A stretch of DNA of 64,000 bases from Escherichia coli (lineage in GTDB: Bacteria; Pseudomonadota; Gammaproteobacteria; Enterobacterales; Enterobacteriaceae), in NCBI RefSeq assembly GCF_050920415.1, contig NZ_CP169309.1, one strand, 5' to 3'. The notes below the pieces were generated by a model. That model was not told the origin of the DNA, did no database searches, and saw only the letters and a list, made by a program, of their open reading frames with translations. The position numbers were made by a program, and so were the translations under genes. Numbering within the stretch: position 1 is the stretch's first letter; every line of letters begins with the position of its first letter. Of this stretch, positions 52,144-63,643 are shown one piece after another.

Positions 52144-53151
52144 GTGAAAAAGCAATGGATTGTTGGCACGGCGCTGCTTATGTTGATGACTGGTAATGCC
52201 TGGGCAGATGGCGAACCGCCAACTGAAAATATCTTAAAAGATCAATTCAAAAAGCAGTATCACGGCATTCTCAAGCTTGATGCCATCAGCTTAAAAAATC
52301 TTGATGCTAAGGGTAATCAGGCCACCTGGTCAGCGGAAGGCGATGTCTCTTCCAGTGACGATCTCTATACCTGGGTCGGTCAGTTGGCAGATTACGAACT
52401 GCTCGAACAGACCTGGACGAAAGATAAACCGGTAAAATTCTCGGCGATGTTAACCAGTAAAGGAACGCCCGCGTCTGGCTGGTCGGTGAACTTTTACTCT
52501 TTTCAGGCGGCAGCCAGCGATCGTGGGCGGGTGGTCGACGATATCAAAACGAATAATAAATATCTGATCGTGAATAGCGAAGATTTCAATTATCGCTTTA
52601 GTCAGCTTGAATCAGCGTTGAATACCCAGAAGAACTCGATTCCTGCGCTGGAAAAGGAAGTGAAAGCGCTTGATAAGCAAATGGTGGCGGCGCAGAAAGC
52701 AGCGGATGCATATTGGGGAAAAGATGCAAACGGTAAGCAAATGACCCGCGAAGACGCATTTAAAAAAATTCACCAACAGCGTGATGAGTTTAATAAACAG
52801 AACGATAGCGAGGCGTTCGCGGTTAAATATGACAAAGAGGTTTATCAACCGGCGATTGCGGCATGTCATAAACAGAGTGCAGAGTGTTATGAAGTGCCGA
52901 TTCAGCAGAAGCGAGATTTCGATATCAACGAACAACGGCGACAGACTTTTCTGCAATCACAAAAACTTAGCCGTAAATTGCAGGATGACTGGATAACGCT
53001 CGAAAAAGGGCAATATCCGTTAACGATGAAAGTTTCAGAAATAAACAGTAAAAAAGTCGCGATTTTGATGAAAATTGATGATATCAACCAGGCTAATGAA
53101 CGCTGGAAAAAAGATACCGAACAATTGCGGCGCAATGGGGTGATTAAGTAA
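52144..53151 (+). CDS. yggM: DUF1202-family exported protein YggM
   Basis: 335 aa, GTG start, signal peptide WIVGTALLMLMTGNAWA. Confidence 0.8.
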   Translation: MKKQWIVGTALLMLMTGNAWADGEPPTENILKDQFKKQYHGILKLDAISLKNLDAKGNQATWSAEGDVSSSDDLYTWVGQLADYELLEQTWTKDKPVKFSAMLTSKGTPASGWSVNFYSFQAAASDRGRVVDDIKTNNKYLIVNSEDFNYRFSQLESALNTQKNSIPALEKEVKALDKQMVAAQKAADAYWGKDANGKQMTREDAFKKIHQQRDEFNKQNDSEAFAVKYDKEVYQPAIAACHKQSAECYEVPIQQKRDFDINEQRRQTFLQSQKLSRKLQDDWITLEKGQYPLTMKVSEINSKKVAILMKIDDINQANERWKKDTEQLRRNGVIK

Positions 53152-53173
53152 TTTTTGCGATGACGCAAGAGTT

Positions 53174-53209
53174 GTAGCCGGATGTTGCGTACACGCCGCA
53201 TCCGGCAAT
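53174..53209. repeat. REP palindromic unit between yggM and hemW
   Basis: GTAGCCGGATGTTGCGTACACGCCGCATCCGGCAAT. Confidence 0.8.
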
Positions 53210-53215
53210 ACAAAT

Positions 53216-54352
53216 TTACTCAGCCAGAAAAAGCTCCAGCAGCGAATTTAAAAACAACTTCCCATGTTCCGTTATCTGCCAGTAATCCGCACATTCTGTG
53301 AGATAACCCTGAGCAATAGCCTCGTCTAACTGTGGGCGAATCACATCTTCGCAAAGCCCGGTATACGCACTAAACTCTGCGCGTGGTGCGGCCTCCAGCA
53401 AGCGAAAGCGGTTCATAAAGAACTCAAACGGCTTATCTGCGGCTTCGACATCACGCAGGCTTTCCAGATAACGCCCCTGCATAAAACCACGCGGGTGCCG
53501 CGTTTTGGTGGTGCGCAGAATGCGCCCATCCGGGAAGGTGACTTTGCCGTGCGCCCCGCAGCCGATGCCGATGTAGTCGCCAAATCGCCAGTAGTTGAGA
53601 TTGTGCTGGCACTGATAACCCGGTTTGGCGTAAGCGGAGGTTTCATATTGCTGATAACCCGCAGCCGTTAATAACTGATGCCCTTGCTCGAAGATATCCC
53701 ACAATGCATCGTCGTCCGGCAGTACAGGAGGGCGCGAGCCAAACAACGTATTAGGTTCGATGGTCAGTTGATACCAGGAAAGGTGCGGCGGATTCAGTTC
53801 AATGGCCTGGCGTAGATCGCCAAGCGCCTCTTCCAGTGATTGATCAGGCAACCCATGCATCAAATCGAGGTTAAAACTACGCAGCCCCAGCCCGCTTGCC
53901 AGATTTGCCGCCCGTTTCGCTTCTTGCGGGCCATGAATACGTCCAAGTCGTTTTAGCTTTTCTTCACTAAAACTCTGCACACCAATAGATATGCGGTTTA
54001 CACCAGCACGCTGATAATCAACAAAGCGATCGGCTTCTACCGTGCCTGGGTTCGCTTCCATGGTGATTTCTGCATCCGCTGCCAGCGGCAAACGCGCACG
54101 CACGCCGTCCAGCAGCGTTTGCATCGCCGGGCCAGAAAGCAGGCTCGGCGTACCGCCGCCAATAAAGATTGTCTGCACTTCACGGCCCTGAGCGTAAGCC
54201 ACATCGTTGTCCAGATCGTTAAGCAGATGCTGAACATAATCGTCGTGCGGCACTTCTCCTTTCAACGCGTGAGAGTTGAAATCGCAGTACGGGCATTTCT
54301 GCACGCACCACGGGATGTGAATGTAGAGACTCAGCGGCGGTAATTTAACCAT
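53216..54352 (-). CDS. hemW: Radical-SAM heme chaperone HemW (YggW)
   Basis: 378 aa, N-terminal CxxxCxxC radical-SAM motif ([12 protein letters not shown]). Confidence 0.9.
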   Translation of the reverse strand: MVKLPPLSLYIHIPWCVQKCPYCDFNSHALKGEVPHDDYVQHLLNDLDNDVAYAQGREVQTIFIGGGTPSLLSGPAMQTLLDGVRARLPLAADAEITMEANPGTVEADRFVDYQRAGVNRISIGVQSFSEEKLKRLGRIHGPQEAKRAANLASGLGLRSFNLDLMHGLPDQSLEEALGDLRQAIELNPPHLSWYQLTIEPNTLFGSRPPVLPDDDALWDIFEQGHQLLTAAGYQQYETSAYAKPGYQCQHNLNYWRFGDYIGIGCGAHGKVTFPDGRILRTTKTRHPRGFMQGRYLESLRDVEAADKPFEFFMNRFRLLEAAPRAEFSAYTGLCEDVIRPQLDEAIAQGYLTECADYWQITEHGKLFLNSLLELFLAE

Positions 54353-54938
54353 TTCGTAAAGCGTCCAACAGCAGTTTCAATGCCTGACCACGGTGGGAAA
54401 TGGCGCTCTTTTCTTCGCGGGTCAGTTCGGCAGCGGTTTTACCTTCGGAAGGCACGAAGAATATTGGATCATAACCAAAGCCGCCAGTACCCGCCGGTTC
54501 ACGAGTAATCACGCCCGGCCAGCTACCGTGGCACACCAGCGGAGTCGGATCTTCCGCGTGGCGCAGATATACCAGCACGCAGTGGAAACGCGCTTGACGT
54601 TGGTCGTCCGGTACGTCTTTCAGAGTTTCCAACAGTTTTTGCAGATTCTTTTGATCGGTCGCGTCTTCACCGGAATAACGTGCGGAGTAAATCCCAGGCG
54701 CACCGCCAAGCACATCTACCGCCAGACCAGAGTCGTCGGCAATTGCTGGTAAACCGGTCACTTTTGCCGCGTGTCGTGCTTTCAGAATCGCGTTTTCGAT
54801 AAAGGTCAGGCCGGTTTCTTCGGCAGAATCTACGCCGAGGTCTGTTTGGGCCACGATATCAAGACCGAAGTCGCTAAGCAGCGACGCCAGCTCACGCACT
54901 TTACCGGCATTGCCGGTTGCGAGGACAACTTTTTGCAT
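54345..54938 (-). CDS. rdgB: dITP/XTP pyrophosphatase
   Basis: 197 aa, Ham1/Maf-type motifs ([12 protein letters not shown]). Overlaps hemW by 8 nt. Confidence 0.9.
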   Translation of the reverse strand: MQKVVLATGNAGKVRELASLLSDFGLDIVAQTDLGVDSAEETGLTFIENAILKARHAAKVTGLPAIADDSGLAVDVLGGAPGIYSARYSGEDATDQKNLQKLLETLKDVPDDQRQARFHCVLVYLRHAEDPTPLVCHGSWPGVITREPAGTGGFGYDPIFFVPSEGKTAAELTREEKSAISHRGQALKLLLDALRNG

Positions 54939-54945
54939 AGGATAC

Positions 54946-55236
54946 CTAATTAATTAACGCCGCGATTTCTGGCGGGATTTGTTGCGGATTAATGATTTTA
55001 ATTTGTTTGTGGCGGCCAAGTTCGCCTTTCTCAATTACCACCTGGCTTTTGGCTACCCGGAATTGCTTGCCGAGAAACTTCACCAGATGGCTGTTGGCCT
55101 GGCCGTCAACCGGCGGCGCGGTAATGGCGACTTTTACTTCGTCGCCATGTAAACCGACAATAGAATCACGGCTGGCTTTCGGCTGAATATAAAGCCGTAA
55201 AACCAGACCGTCATCGTTAACTGTTACGGCACTCAT
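54946..55236 (-). CDS. yggU: DUF167-family protein YggU
   Basis: Start taken at the internal Met ([25 protein letters not shown]), about 96 aa. The track ORF begins 4 codons earlier. Confidence 0.8.
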
Positions 55237-55799
55237 AACGCCATCCACAGCCCCGGTAGCAGCATGTTTCCGGTCGCCTGCAGTACTTCTGCGACACCCA
55301 TATTAATGACATACAGCAGCAGAACGAGGATCATCGGCGAGAAATCAATCCCACCCATTGCTGGCAGCAGGCGGCGAATCGGGCGCAGCAGTGGATCAGC
55401 AAGCTGGATCAGGACGTATTCAATCGGGCTACGACCCTGGCTTACCCAGCTCATAATCGCCATCACCAGCAGGACCCAGAAAATCAACAGGCCGATGGTT
55501 TTCAGCAAAATCAGTAAACCAGCAATCCAGATGATCGGCAGGAAAGTCACGACTTTAAACAGCACGATGGCTTTGATAAAACTCAAAATGTACGCAACCA
55601 GCAGCGAGGCGCTATCAATGGGGCCCATTGCCGGAATAACGCGGCGCAGTGGTCCGATAATCGGCTGCGTCACCTTCACCACAAACTGTGAGAAGGGGTT
55701 GTAAAAATCACAATGAGCCCACTGCATCCAGATGCGTAATAACAGCACCATGGTATACAGCTCAATGACCGTTGAAAGCAGGAAAGTCAACGTATTCAT
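55233..55799 (-). CDS. yggT: YGGT-family inner-membrane protein
   Basis: 188 aa, four hydrophobic segments. Stop overlaps the yggU start. Confidence 0.85.
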
Positions 55800-55816
55800 G
55801 GCGTTCCTTTGATTCC

Positions 55817-56521
55817 TTATTTTTTAGAGTAATCACGCGCACCAAAAATTGCAGTGCCGATACGAACCATCGTGCTACCTGCCGCAATGGCGGCTTCCAT
55901 ATCGTCCGACATTCCCAGAGAGAGCGTGTCGATATGCGGGTAGCGCGTTTTCAGTCCGGCAAATGCTACAGCCATTTGGCGTGCAACTTCAAACTGCCTT
56001 ACATATTCTGACTCAGGCGCAGGGATCGCCATCAGCCCGCGTAGACGTAAACGCGGTAGTTCAGAGACCGCTGCTGCCAGCTCGTCCAGTTCAGCCAGTT
56101 GAATCCCGGACTTACTGTTTTCATCACTAATATTAATTTGAATCAGTACGTTAAGAGGGGGAAGTTCTGCCGGGCGCTGGTCGTTCAGGCGGGTGGCGAT
56201 GCGCAAACGGTCGATGGTATGACACCAGTCGAAATGTTCTGCCACCAGGCGGCTTTTATTAGACTGCAACGGGCCAATAAAATGCCATTCTAATCCTGTT
56301 ACGCCCAGTTCCTGAAAGTGGCGAATTTTATCTACCCCTTCCTGAACATAGTTTTCACCAAATTGACGCTGCCCGGCATCAATGGCTTCTGCGATGGCGC
56401 TCGCAGGTTTTGTTTTACTGACTGCAAGCAGCGTAATTTCTTCTGGAGAACGACCGCAACGCGTTGCAGCCGCTGAGATTTTGTCCCGGACCTGTGCCAG
56501 GTTATGCGCAATATCGTTCAT
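55817..56521 (-). CDS. yggS: PLP-homeostasis protein (YggS/PLPBP family)
   Basis: 234 aa, alanine-racemase-N-like fold with the PLP lysine in LAVSKTK. Confidence 0.9.
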   Translation of the reverse strand: MNDIAHNLAQVRDKISAAATRCGRSPEEITLLAVSKTKPASAIAEAIDAGQRQFGENYVQEGVDKIRHFQELGVTGLEWHFIGPLQSNKSRLVAEHFDWCHTIDRLRIATRLNDQRPAELPPLNVLIQINISDENSKSGIQLAELDELAAAVSELPRLRLRGLMAIPAPESEYVRQFEVARQMAVAFAGLKTRYPHIDTLSLGMSDDMEAAIAAGSTMVRIGTAIFGARDYSKK

Positions 56522-56538
56522 TTTCCGAGGATCTTAGT

Positions 56539-57519
56539 ATGAATATGGAAGAAATTGTGGCCCTTAGTGTAAAGCATAATGTCTCGGATCTACACCTGTG
56601 CAGCGCCTGGCCCGCACGATGGCGTATTCGCGGGAGGATGGAAGCTGCGCCGTTTGATGCGCCGGACGTGGAAGAGCTACTACGGGAGTGGCTGGATGAC
56701 GATCAGCGGGCAATATTGCTGGAGAATGGTCAGTTAGATTTTGCTGTGTCGCTGGCGGAAAACCAGCGATTGCGCGGCAGTGCGTTCGCGCAACGGCAAG
56801 GTATTTCTCTGGCATTACGGCTGTTGCCTTCGCACTGCCCGCAGCTCGAACAGCTTGGCGCACCACCGGTATTGCCGGAATTACTCAAGAGCGAGAATGG
56901 CCTGATTCTGGTGACGGGGGCGACGGGGAGCGGCAAATCTACCACGCTGGCGGCGATGGTTGGCTATCTCAATCAACATGCCGATGCGCATATTCTGACG
57001 CTGGAAGATCCTGTGGAATATCTCTATGCCAGCCAGCGATGTTTGATCCAGCAGCGGGAGATTGGTTTGCACTGTATGACGTTCGCATCGGGGTTGCGGG
57101 CTGCATTGCGGGAAGATCCCGATGTGATATTGCTCGGAGAGCTGCGTGACAGCGAGACAATCCGTCTGGCGCTGACGGCGGCAGAAACCGGGCATCTGGT
57201 GCTGGCAACATTACATACGCGTGGTGCGGCGCAGGCAGTTGAGCGACTGGTGGATTCATTTCCGGCGCAGGAAAAAGATCCCGTGCGTAATCAACTGGCA
57301 GGTAGTTTACGGGCGGTGTTGTCACAAAAGCTGGAAGTGGATAAACAGGAAGGACGCGTGGCGCTGTTTGAATTGCTGATTAACACACCTGCGGTGGGGA
57401 ATTTGATTCGAGAAGGGAAAACCCACCAGTTACCGCATGTTATTCAAACCGGGCAGCAGGTGGGGATGATAACGTTTCAGCAGAGTTATCAGCTGCGGGT
57501 GGGGGAAGGGCGTTTGTAA
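56539..57519 (+). CDS. yggR: PilT-like type IV pilus retraction ATPase homolog
   Basis: Start at the ATG at 56539 (MNMEEIVALSVKHNVSDLHL), 326 aa. Walker A GATGSGKST. Confidence 0.9.
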   Translation: MNMEEIVALSVKHNVSDLHLCSAWPARWRIRGRMEAAPFDAPDVEELLREWLDDDQRAILLENGQLDFAVSLAENQRLRGSAFAQRQGISLALRLLPSHCPQLEQLGAPPVLPELLKSENGLILVTGATGSGKSTTLAAMVGYLNQHADAHILTLEDPVEYLYASQRCLIQQREIGLHCMTFASGLRAALREDPDVILLGELRDSETIRLALTAAETGHLVLATLHTRGAAQAVERLVDSFPAQEKDPVRNQLAGSLRAVLSQKLEVDKQEGRVALFELLINTPAVGNLIREGKTHQLPHVIQTGQQVGMITFQQSYQLRVGEGRL

Positions 57520-57525
57520 ATCGCC

Positions 57526-57942
57526 TTAATATCCCTGCTCGAAATAACTTTCGAGAATAATAACCGCAGAGGCAGAGTCGACTTTACCTTTGTTGAGCGC
57601 CCGATAGCCGCCCTGTTCGAACAGACCGGAGCGCGCTTCCACGGTGCTAAGCCGTTCATCATGGAGCTTAACTTCAACACCGAAACGACCATGAATACGG
57701 TTGGCAAATTTACGCGCTCTGGCAGTCAACGGCTGTTCTGTGCCGTCCATATTCAGCGGCAAACCGACGATGATTTCGTCCGGCTGCCACTCTTTCAGTA
57801 AACGTTCGATGAGATTCCAGTCCGGCGTACCGTCCTGCGCTTTAATTGCAGGCAAAGGGCGAGCGGTGCCGGTAATGCGTTGGCCGACCGCTACGCCAAT
57901 GCTTTTAGTGCCGAAGTCGAAGGCGAGTAAGGTTCCACTCAT
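57526..57942 (-). CDS. ruvX: Putative pre-16S rRNA nuclease / Holliday-junction resolvase-like (YqgF/RuvX)
   Basis: Start at the internal Met ([20 protein letters not shown]), 138 aa. Start overlaps the yqgE stop by 1 nt. Confidence 0.9.
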
Positions 57943-58505
57943 CAGGCGTGCCCCGCAACGCCAGGCATGGTGAGAATATCCACACCAATCAGTTTTGCCG
58001 CATCGCGCCAGCGGTCGGCAATCGGTGTTTTGAACAGAATATTCAGATCTGCCGGGGCGGTTAGCCACGCGTTATCGAGAATTTCTTGTTCCAGTTGACC
58101 TTTCTCCCAGGAGGCATACCCCAGCGCCACCAATACGTCAGACGGTTGTTTATCGGTGCCGAGCGTTTCCAGCACATCGCGGGAAGTGGTCATCACCGTG
58201 TTGTCTGAAATGCGAATGCTGGAAGCAAAATTGGAGGGCGGAGTATGCAAAATAAACCCGCGATCTTCAGCCAGTGGGCCGCCGAGCATAACCGGTTTAT
58301 CCAGACGGATTGATTCATCACGCGGCTCCGGCGTGATCTTCAGCTTTTCCAGAATCCCTTCAATTTTGAGATTTTCCAGCGGCTTGTTGACGATGATCCC
58401 CATTGCACCATTGGTATTATGTTCGCAAATGTAGACCACGGAACGACGGAAAATCGGATCCTGGAGAGCAGGCATGGCAATAAGAAAGTGATGCTGTAAA
58501 TTCAT
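57942..58505 (-). CDS. yqgE: UPF0301 / DUF179 protein YqgE
   Basis: Start at [30 protein letters not shown], 187 aa. Confidence 0.85.
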
Positions 58506-58613
58506 TGTCAGAGGTTCTGTTTCCTGGTTCAAAAAAGCAACAGCGCCCAGTATGCGTGGAAAGAAGGGCGCTGTCACTCAGAGTCTCAACGAGATCCTTC
58601 TCGCTAAGGTGGG

Positions 58614-59564
58614 TTACTGCTGCTGTAAACGTGCTTCGATGGCATCCATTAACATACCGGTGATCGACACCGGAAACTCTGCTTCAATCTCACGAATACA
58701 GGTTGGGCTGGTGACGTTAATTTCAGTCAGACGGTCGCCGATGATATCCAGACCAACAAAAATCAGCCCTTTTTCTTTCAGCGTCGGTCCGATCTGACGG
58801 GCGATTTTCCAGTCACTTTCCGTCAGCGGACGAGGTTCCCCGCGACCACCGGCAGCCAGGTTACCACGGGTTTCGCCGCCTTGTGGAATACGCGCCAGGC
58901 AGTACGGCACCGGTTCGCCATCCACCACCAACACGCGTTTGTCGCCATCTTTAATGGCTGGCAGGTAATTTTGCGCCATGCAGTAGCGAGTGCCATGCTC
59001 AGTCAGGGTTTCGGCAATCACGCCGAGGTTTGGATCGCCTTCTTTCACGCGGAAAATCGACGCGCCGCCCATACCGTCAAGCGGCTTAAGAATGATGTCG
59101 CTGTGTTTCTCCCAGAACGCTTTCAGCTGTGCTTTATTGCGCGTAACCAGCGTTTCTGGCGTTAAGTCAGAGAACCAGGCGGTAAACAGTTTCTCGTTAC
59201 AGTCGCGCAGGCTTTGCGGCTTGTTAACGATCAGCGTCCCTTTCTCTTCGGCACGTTCCAGAATATAGGTCGCGTAGATAAACTCGGTATCAAACGGCGG
59301 GTCTTTACGCATCAGGATCACATCGAGATCGGCCAGCGGCAGATCCTGTTCACCGACGAACGAAAACCACTCTTCGTAGTTCTGCTTCACGTTCAGCGTG
59401 CGGGTATGGGCGCGGGCTTCGCCATTGATCAAATACAGATCGCCCATCTCCATATAGTGAAGTTCGTAACCACGACGTTGTGCTTCCAGCAACATAGCGA
59501 AACTGGAATCTTTCTTGATGTTGATGCTTGCGATGGGGTCCATCACGATGCCGAGCTTGATCAT
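58614..59564 (-). CDS. gshB: Glutathione synthetase (ATP-grasp)
   Basis: 316 aa, MIKLGIVMDPIASINIKKDSSFAMLLEAQRRGYELHYMEMGDLY. Confidence 0.95.
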   Translation of the reverse strand: MIKLGIVMDPIASINIKKDSSFAMLLEAQRRGYELHYMEMGDLYLINGEARAHTRTLNVKQNYEEWFSFVGEQDLPLADLDVILMRKDPPFDTEFIYATYILERAEEKGTLIVNKPQSLRDCNEKLFTAWFSDLTPETLVTRNKAQLKAFWEKHSDIILKPLDGMGGASIFRVKEGDPNLGVIAETLTEHGTRYCMAQNYLPAIKDGDKRVLVVDGEPVPYCLARIPQGGETRGNLAAGGRGEPRPLTESDWKIARQIGPTLKEKGLIFVGLDIIGDRLTEINVTSPTCIREIEAEFPVSITGMLMDAIEARLQQQ

Positions 59565-59576
59565 TATTCTTCTCCG

Positions 59577-60308
59577 TTAGCCCAAATCGCCAAATCGTAC
59601 TTGTAGCGCGGTAATGGCGGTGAGCGCAGTTGTCTCTGTACGCAAAACGCGAGGTCCCAACAGGATATCAGTAAATTGATAGCGGGCAGTCATGGCAATT
59701 TCATCTGCCGATAAACCGCCTTCTGGGCCAATTAGCAGGCGGACGCGTTCAACCGGTAACGGCAACGTATTGATGCTGTTACTGGCGCGCGGGTGAAGAT
59801 TCAGTTTCAGTCCTTCATCCTGCTCTGCACACCAGGCTTCCAGATCCATCGCTGGACGGATTTCCGGCACCCGGTTACGACCACACTGCTCACAGGCAGC
59901 AATTGCAATCTTCTGCCACTGCTGGAGCTTCTTGTTCAGACGTTCACTATCCAGTTTAACGCCGCAACGCTCAGAAAAAAGTGGCGTAATGAGGCTTACA
60001 CCGAGTTCGATCGATTTCTGGATCGTAAATTCCATTTTTTCGCCACGCGACATCACCTGACCGAGGTGAATATGCAGCGGAGATTCACGATCGTCGAGTT
60101 GGCCTTCCAGCACTTTCACTTCCACGCTTTTTTTGCTGGCGCTGGTAATTTCGGCGTCAAAGACCTGGTTGCTGCCGTCAAATAATTGCAACGCCTGTCC
60201 CGGCCCCATGCGCAGTACGCGCCCGATATGGTTGGCGGCATCTTCGCAAAGCGCGATGTGAGAATGGCTGGTCAGTGGTTCAGGATGATAAATGCGGGGG
60301 ATACGCAT
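59577..60308 (-). CDS. rsmE: 16S rRNA (uracil1498-N3)-methyltransferase
   Basis: Start at [12 protein letters not shown], 243 aa. Confidence 0.9.
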   Translation of the reverse strand: MRIPRIYHPEPLTSHSHIALCEDAANHIGRVLRMGPGQALQLFDGSNQVFDAEITSASKKSVEVKVLEGQLDDRESPLHIHLGQVMSRGEKMEFTIQKSIELGVSLITPLFSERCGVKLDSERLNKKLQQWQKIAIAACEQCGRNRVPEIRPAMDLEAWCAEQDEGLKLNLHPRASNSINTLPLPVERVRLLIGPEGGLSADEIAMTARYQFTDILLGPRVLRTETTALTAITALQVRFGDLG

Positions 60309-60387
60309 AGTTAAAAATCCGCGTCGTCTCCCCACGCGGTTGTACGCGTGGGGTAGGAGTTAACAAAAAGAATTCCGCTAGTGTAGG

Positions 60388-61095
60388 TTAGCTCTTTCGC
60401 GCCTGGCAAGCGCGTTGCACATACGGGTTATGATTGCCCTGCACCTTCGCGATGCGTTCATCGCGCTCGCACTCCCAGTCGGTAACCGGATACATCTTGT
60501 TCCATGCGTTAAACAGCTGCGTTTGCTGGCGAGAAAGCGTCAGGTTGTATTGGTCACGCATATAGAAGTATGTGCGCGCAATGGCACCGCGTGCACGAGC
60601 TGGTGGCTCGGCGACTTTTTCTTTGAAATCGACCTTCATAGCGCATTGACCGTACTGGCCTTCGCCGCCATTCCACTGGCTGTACATAAAGTTGCCGCGA
60701 TCGCCATTCACCTCACCGACTGACGGTTGCAGGTTATGCATATCGCTTTCCATCTTGCGATAAACCGGATCTTTGGCACAGTTTTTACGTCCACCGTCCT
60801 GCCAGCACTGGCGCTGGTGACCGAACTGCCAGGCGGGAACAACGTGTTCCCACTCTACGCGGCTGGCGCGGTTTTCATTTTTGCGCACCTGATAGCCGCA
60901 CGATTGCAGATCAACAACGCCTTTTTTGCCCTGCCAGTCAATTTTACATCCGCAGTAAAACGTACCCGGCGCGTCAGCGTGGATTTTTACCGCCACGGCT
61001 TTCGCCTGAGAAAAACTATTGATACCTTCGGCCAACGTCGGGCCGGAAAATGCTGCGCTCAGTACCACCGCAGCAATAGACAAATAACGGTACAT
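60388..61095 (-). CDS. endA: Periplasmic DNA-specific endonuclease I
   Basis: 235 aa with signal peptide. Matches EndA. Confidence 0.9.
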   Translation of the reverse strand: MYRYLSIAAVVLSAAFSGPTLAEGINSFSQAKAVAVKIHADAPGTFYCGCKIDWQGKKGVVDLQSCGYQVRKNENRASRVEWEHVVPAWQFGHQRQCWQDGGRKNCAKDPVYRKMESDMHNLQPSVGEVNGDRGNFMYSQWNGGEGQYGQCAMKVDFKEKVAEPPARARGAIARTYFYMRDQYNLTLSRQQTQLFNAWNKMYPVTDWECERDERIAKVQGNHNPYVQRACQARKS

Positions 61096-61189
61096 CACTT
61101 ACTCCGTGTTAAAACGAGCCAGCAACGTAGCGAAAGTTGTTTTGGTATGCAATCAGCCAGATCAGGAAAGTTCCTGATAGTTCAGGTGG

Positions 61190-61687
61190 TTATTTTGCAA
61201 TCAGCTGTTCACCGCAATGAACACAGCGATAGACGGCCTCGCCACGAACTACGCGATTATGGCGGCGTACGGTAAGCTGATGTTCCTGGCACTTGCAGCG
61301 GTAGGGGAAGGTGTTGCGACGCACGGATTGCAGTTCAAACTGGTGCGTACGACGAGCGGGAACGCCCAGCACGCTTTCCATCATCCATTTCCACTCTTTG
61401 CCATGTGGCGCTACGCGGCCGAAATGTTTCCATACCAGCAAATGTGCCAGTTCGTGTGGCACCACTTCTTCAATAAAGGCTTCGCTGTTTTCCAACAGTA
61501 AAACCGGATTGAGGCGAATTTCATAGCTTTCAAGCCAGGCTGTTCCGGCGGAGGTTCCGCGCTGGGTGTAAGAGAGTTTTGGCTCCGGGTAGTTACGCCC
61601 TAGCTTCAGGTTGGCCTGGGCGAGTTTTTCCCGCAGGCGACGCATAACGGCCTGTTGGATGGCGATAGGGAGACGGGATGTTTTCAT
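61190..61687 (-). CDS. sprT: SprT-family zinc-metallopeptidase-like protein
   Basis: 165 aa, HELAH motif and C-terminal CxxC...CxxC zinc ribbon. Confidence 0.9.
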   Translation of the reverse strand: MKTSRLPIAIQQAVMRRLREKLAQANLKLGRNYPEPKLSYTQRGTSAGTAWLESYEIRLNPVLLLENSEAFIEEVVPHELAHLLVWKHFGRVAPHGKEWKWMMESVLGVPARRTHQFELQSVRRNTFPYRCKCQEHQLTVRRHNRVVRGEAVYRCVHCGEQLIAK

Positions 61688-61763
61688 AGCGGCAGAGGAT
61701 AGAGCGAAGAAAAGATGACTGCAAGAGGTGGCTTCCTCCGCGACGGGAGGAAGCCAGAGGAGA

Positions 61764-63158
61764 TTAATCGTGAGCGCCGATTTCGCGCAGTTTACGACCT
61801 TTCATCAGATTACGTTCAATATGTTCCAGCGAAACGTGTTTGGTTTCCGGTACCAGCCACAATGTCAGCAGGATAAACAGTACGTTCAGAGCCGCATACA
61901 CCCAGAAGGTGTTGGCGTTACCCAGCGTGTTGAGCATGGTCAGGAACGTTGCGCCAACGATCATGTTGGCAATCCAGTTGGTGGCGGTGGAGCAGGTGAT
62001 GCCAAAATCGCGGCCTTTCAGCGGCTGAATTTCGGAGCACAGTACCCAAATCAGCGGACCGGCACTCATGGCAAAGCCGACAATAAACATCAGCAGCATG
62101 GCGATAGCGAAATACTGCGCCGACGGAGAGTGGATACCGATATGCATCATTGTACCGAGTATGCCCATGCCAGCAGCCATCACCAGGAAGCCCAGCGTTA
62201 GCGTTGGTTTACGTCCCCAGCGGTCAACAAGGCCGATTGCGATAAAGGTGGCGAGTACGTTGGTGAGACCGACGATCACTGTCCCCCACATTTGCTCGGT
62301 GGTGTTGGTATAACCCGCCAGTTCGAAGATTTTCGGCGCGTAATACATGATGACGTTCATCCCGGTGAATTGCTGCATTACCTGCAACAGTACGCCAAGG
62401 AACACCGCGCGGCGGAAGTTGCTGTTCTCTTTAAACAGCGCCCAGCCACTCTGTTTAACCTGCAAACTTTCACGGATTTCATCCAGTTCGCGTTTCGCTT
62501 CCGCACTGGTGTCGCGCAGGCGCAGCAGCACGCGCTCGGCATCAACAAAACGGCGTTTGGCGGCAAACCAACGTGGGCTGTCTGGCAGGAAGAAAACACC
62601 AATCAGCAGCAGAATTGCCGGGATGATAATCACACCCAGCATCCAGCGCCATGCACCAGTGTAGCTAAAGGCGGTATCAGAAAGATAAGCACCGAGGATC
62701 CCGATAGTGATCATCAACTGATACATCGAGATCATACTGCCGCGAATTTTTTCCGGCGCAATTTCAGAGAGGTAAAGCGGTGCGGTATAAGAGGCCACAC
62801 CCACCGCCAGCCCCAGCAGAACGCGGGAAAGAATCAGTACTTCAACGTTTGGCGCAGCCGCAGAGAACAGTGAACCAGCAACAAACAGAATTGCGCCGAT
62901 CATCAGGCTCTTTTTGCGCCCGAGTTTAAAGGAGAGCCAGCCGCTACCCACCGCACCGACTGCCGCACCGAACATCATGGAGCTTACGACCCATTCTTGC
63001 GTGTGCGAAGTAATCTGGAATTCATCAGCAATAAACGGCAGTGCGCCAGCAATTACACCGATATCCAGGCCAAAGAGTAATCCCGCCAGAGCGGCAAGGA
63101 AGCAGACGAAAAACGTCATTGCCTTGTTTGACCGCCCCTGTTTTTTAGCGTCAGGCAT
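61764..63158 (-). CDS. galP: Galactose:H+ symporter (MFS sugar porter)
   Basis: Start at [30 protein letters not shown], 464 aa. Sugar-porter motifs ([12 protein letters not shown]). Confidence 0.95.
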   Translation of the reverse strand: MPDAKKQGRSNKAMTFFVCFLAALAGLLFGLDIGVIAGALPFIADEFQITSHTQEWVVSSMMFGAAVGAVGSGWLSFKLGRKKSLMIGAILFVAGSLFSAAAPNVEVLILSRVLLGLAVGVASYTAPLYLSEIAPEKIRGSMISMYQLMITIGILGAYLSDTAFSYTGAWRWMLGVIIIPAILLLIGVFFLPDSPRWFAAKRRFVDAERVLLRLRDTSAEAKRELDEIRESLQVKQSGWALFKENSNFRRAVFLGVLLQVMQQFTGMNVIMYYAPKIFELAGYTNTTEQMWGTVIVGLTNVLATFIAIGLVDRWGRKPTLTLGFLVMAAGMGILGTMMHIGIHSPSAQYFAIAMLLMFIVGFAMSAGPLIWVLCSEIQPLKGRDFGITCSTATNWIANMIVGATFLTMLNTLGNANTFWVYAALNVLFILLTLWLVPETKHVSLEHIERNLMKGRKLREIGAHD

Positions 63159-63221
63159 GATGCCCTCCAATATGGTTATTTTTTATTGTGAATTAAGATA
63201 GGTGAGTACGACGTAAAAAGA

Positions 63222-63237
63222 TGTGAAGCAAATCACA
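63222..63237. promoter_or_regulatory. CRP binding site in the galP promoter
   Basis: TGTGA-AGCAAA-TCACA, a perfect match to the CRP core consensus TGTGA-N6-TCACA, upstream of galP. Confidence 0.6.
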
Positions 63238-63240
63238 TCA

Positions 63241-63256
63241 GTGTAATCGCTTACAC
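63241..63256. promoter_or_regulatory. GalR/GalS operator in the galP promoter
   Basis: GTGTAATCGCTTACAC, a 16 bp dyad matching the gal operator consensus GTGnAAnCGnTTnCAC, immediately next to the CRP site. Confidence 0.6.
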
Positions 63257-63504
63257 TAACATTTATCTTAGTTATGATTTAAGTGCATGAAAATAATTGA
63301 GTTATATCATCATAGATTAAACGCAGTTATCTGCAATTAAGACTTTACTGAAAAGAAATGTAACAGCTGTGAAAACTGAATAATAATATGAAAATATTAC
63401 AAATATTTGGCTGGTGTGGTGGGTGTAATCGGTTTCAGTCGTGGTGATGATTTGAGGGTAAAACGTGTTCAGGAAGAATGATGTTATTGTGCAGGCGGTT
63501 TTTT

Positions 63505-63583
63505 TTGCCGGATGCGGCGTGAACGCCTTATCCACTTACATGTGACAGCGGTTGTGGGCCTGATAAGCGTAGCGCATCAGGCA
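63505..63583. repeat. REP/BIME palindromic units between galP and metK
   Basis: GCCGGATGCGGCGTGAACGCCTTATCC and GGGCCTGATAAGCGTAGCGCATCAGGC. Confidence 0.8.
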
Positions 63584-63598
63584 TTTCTCTGGAAAAGA

Positions 63599-63622
63599 AA
63601 AAGGCCAGCGCGAGGCTGGCCT
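63599..63622 (-). terminator. metK terminator hairpin
   Basis: AAAGGCCAGC-GCGAG-GCTGGCCTTT just downstream of the metK stop on the minus strand. Confidence 0.6.
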
Positions 63623-63643
63623 TTGAAAGCAGGTGAAGAAAGA

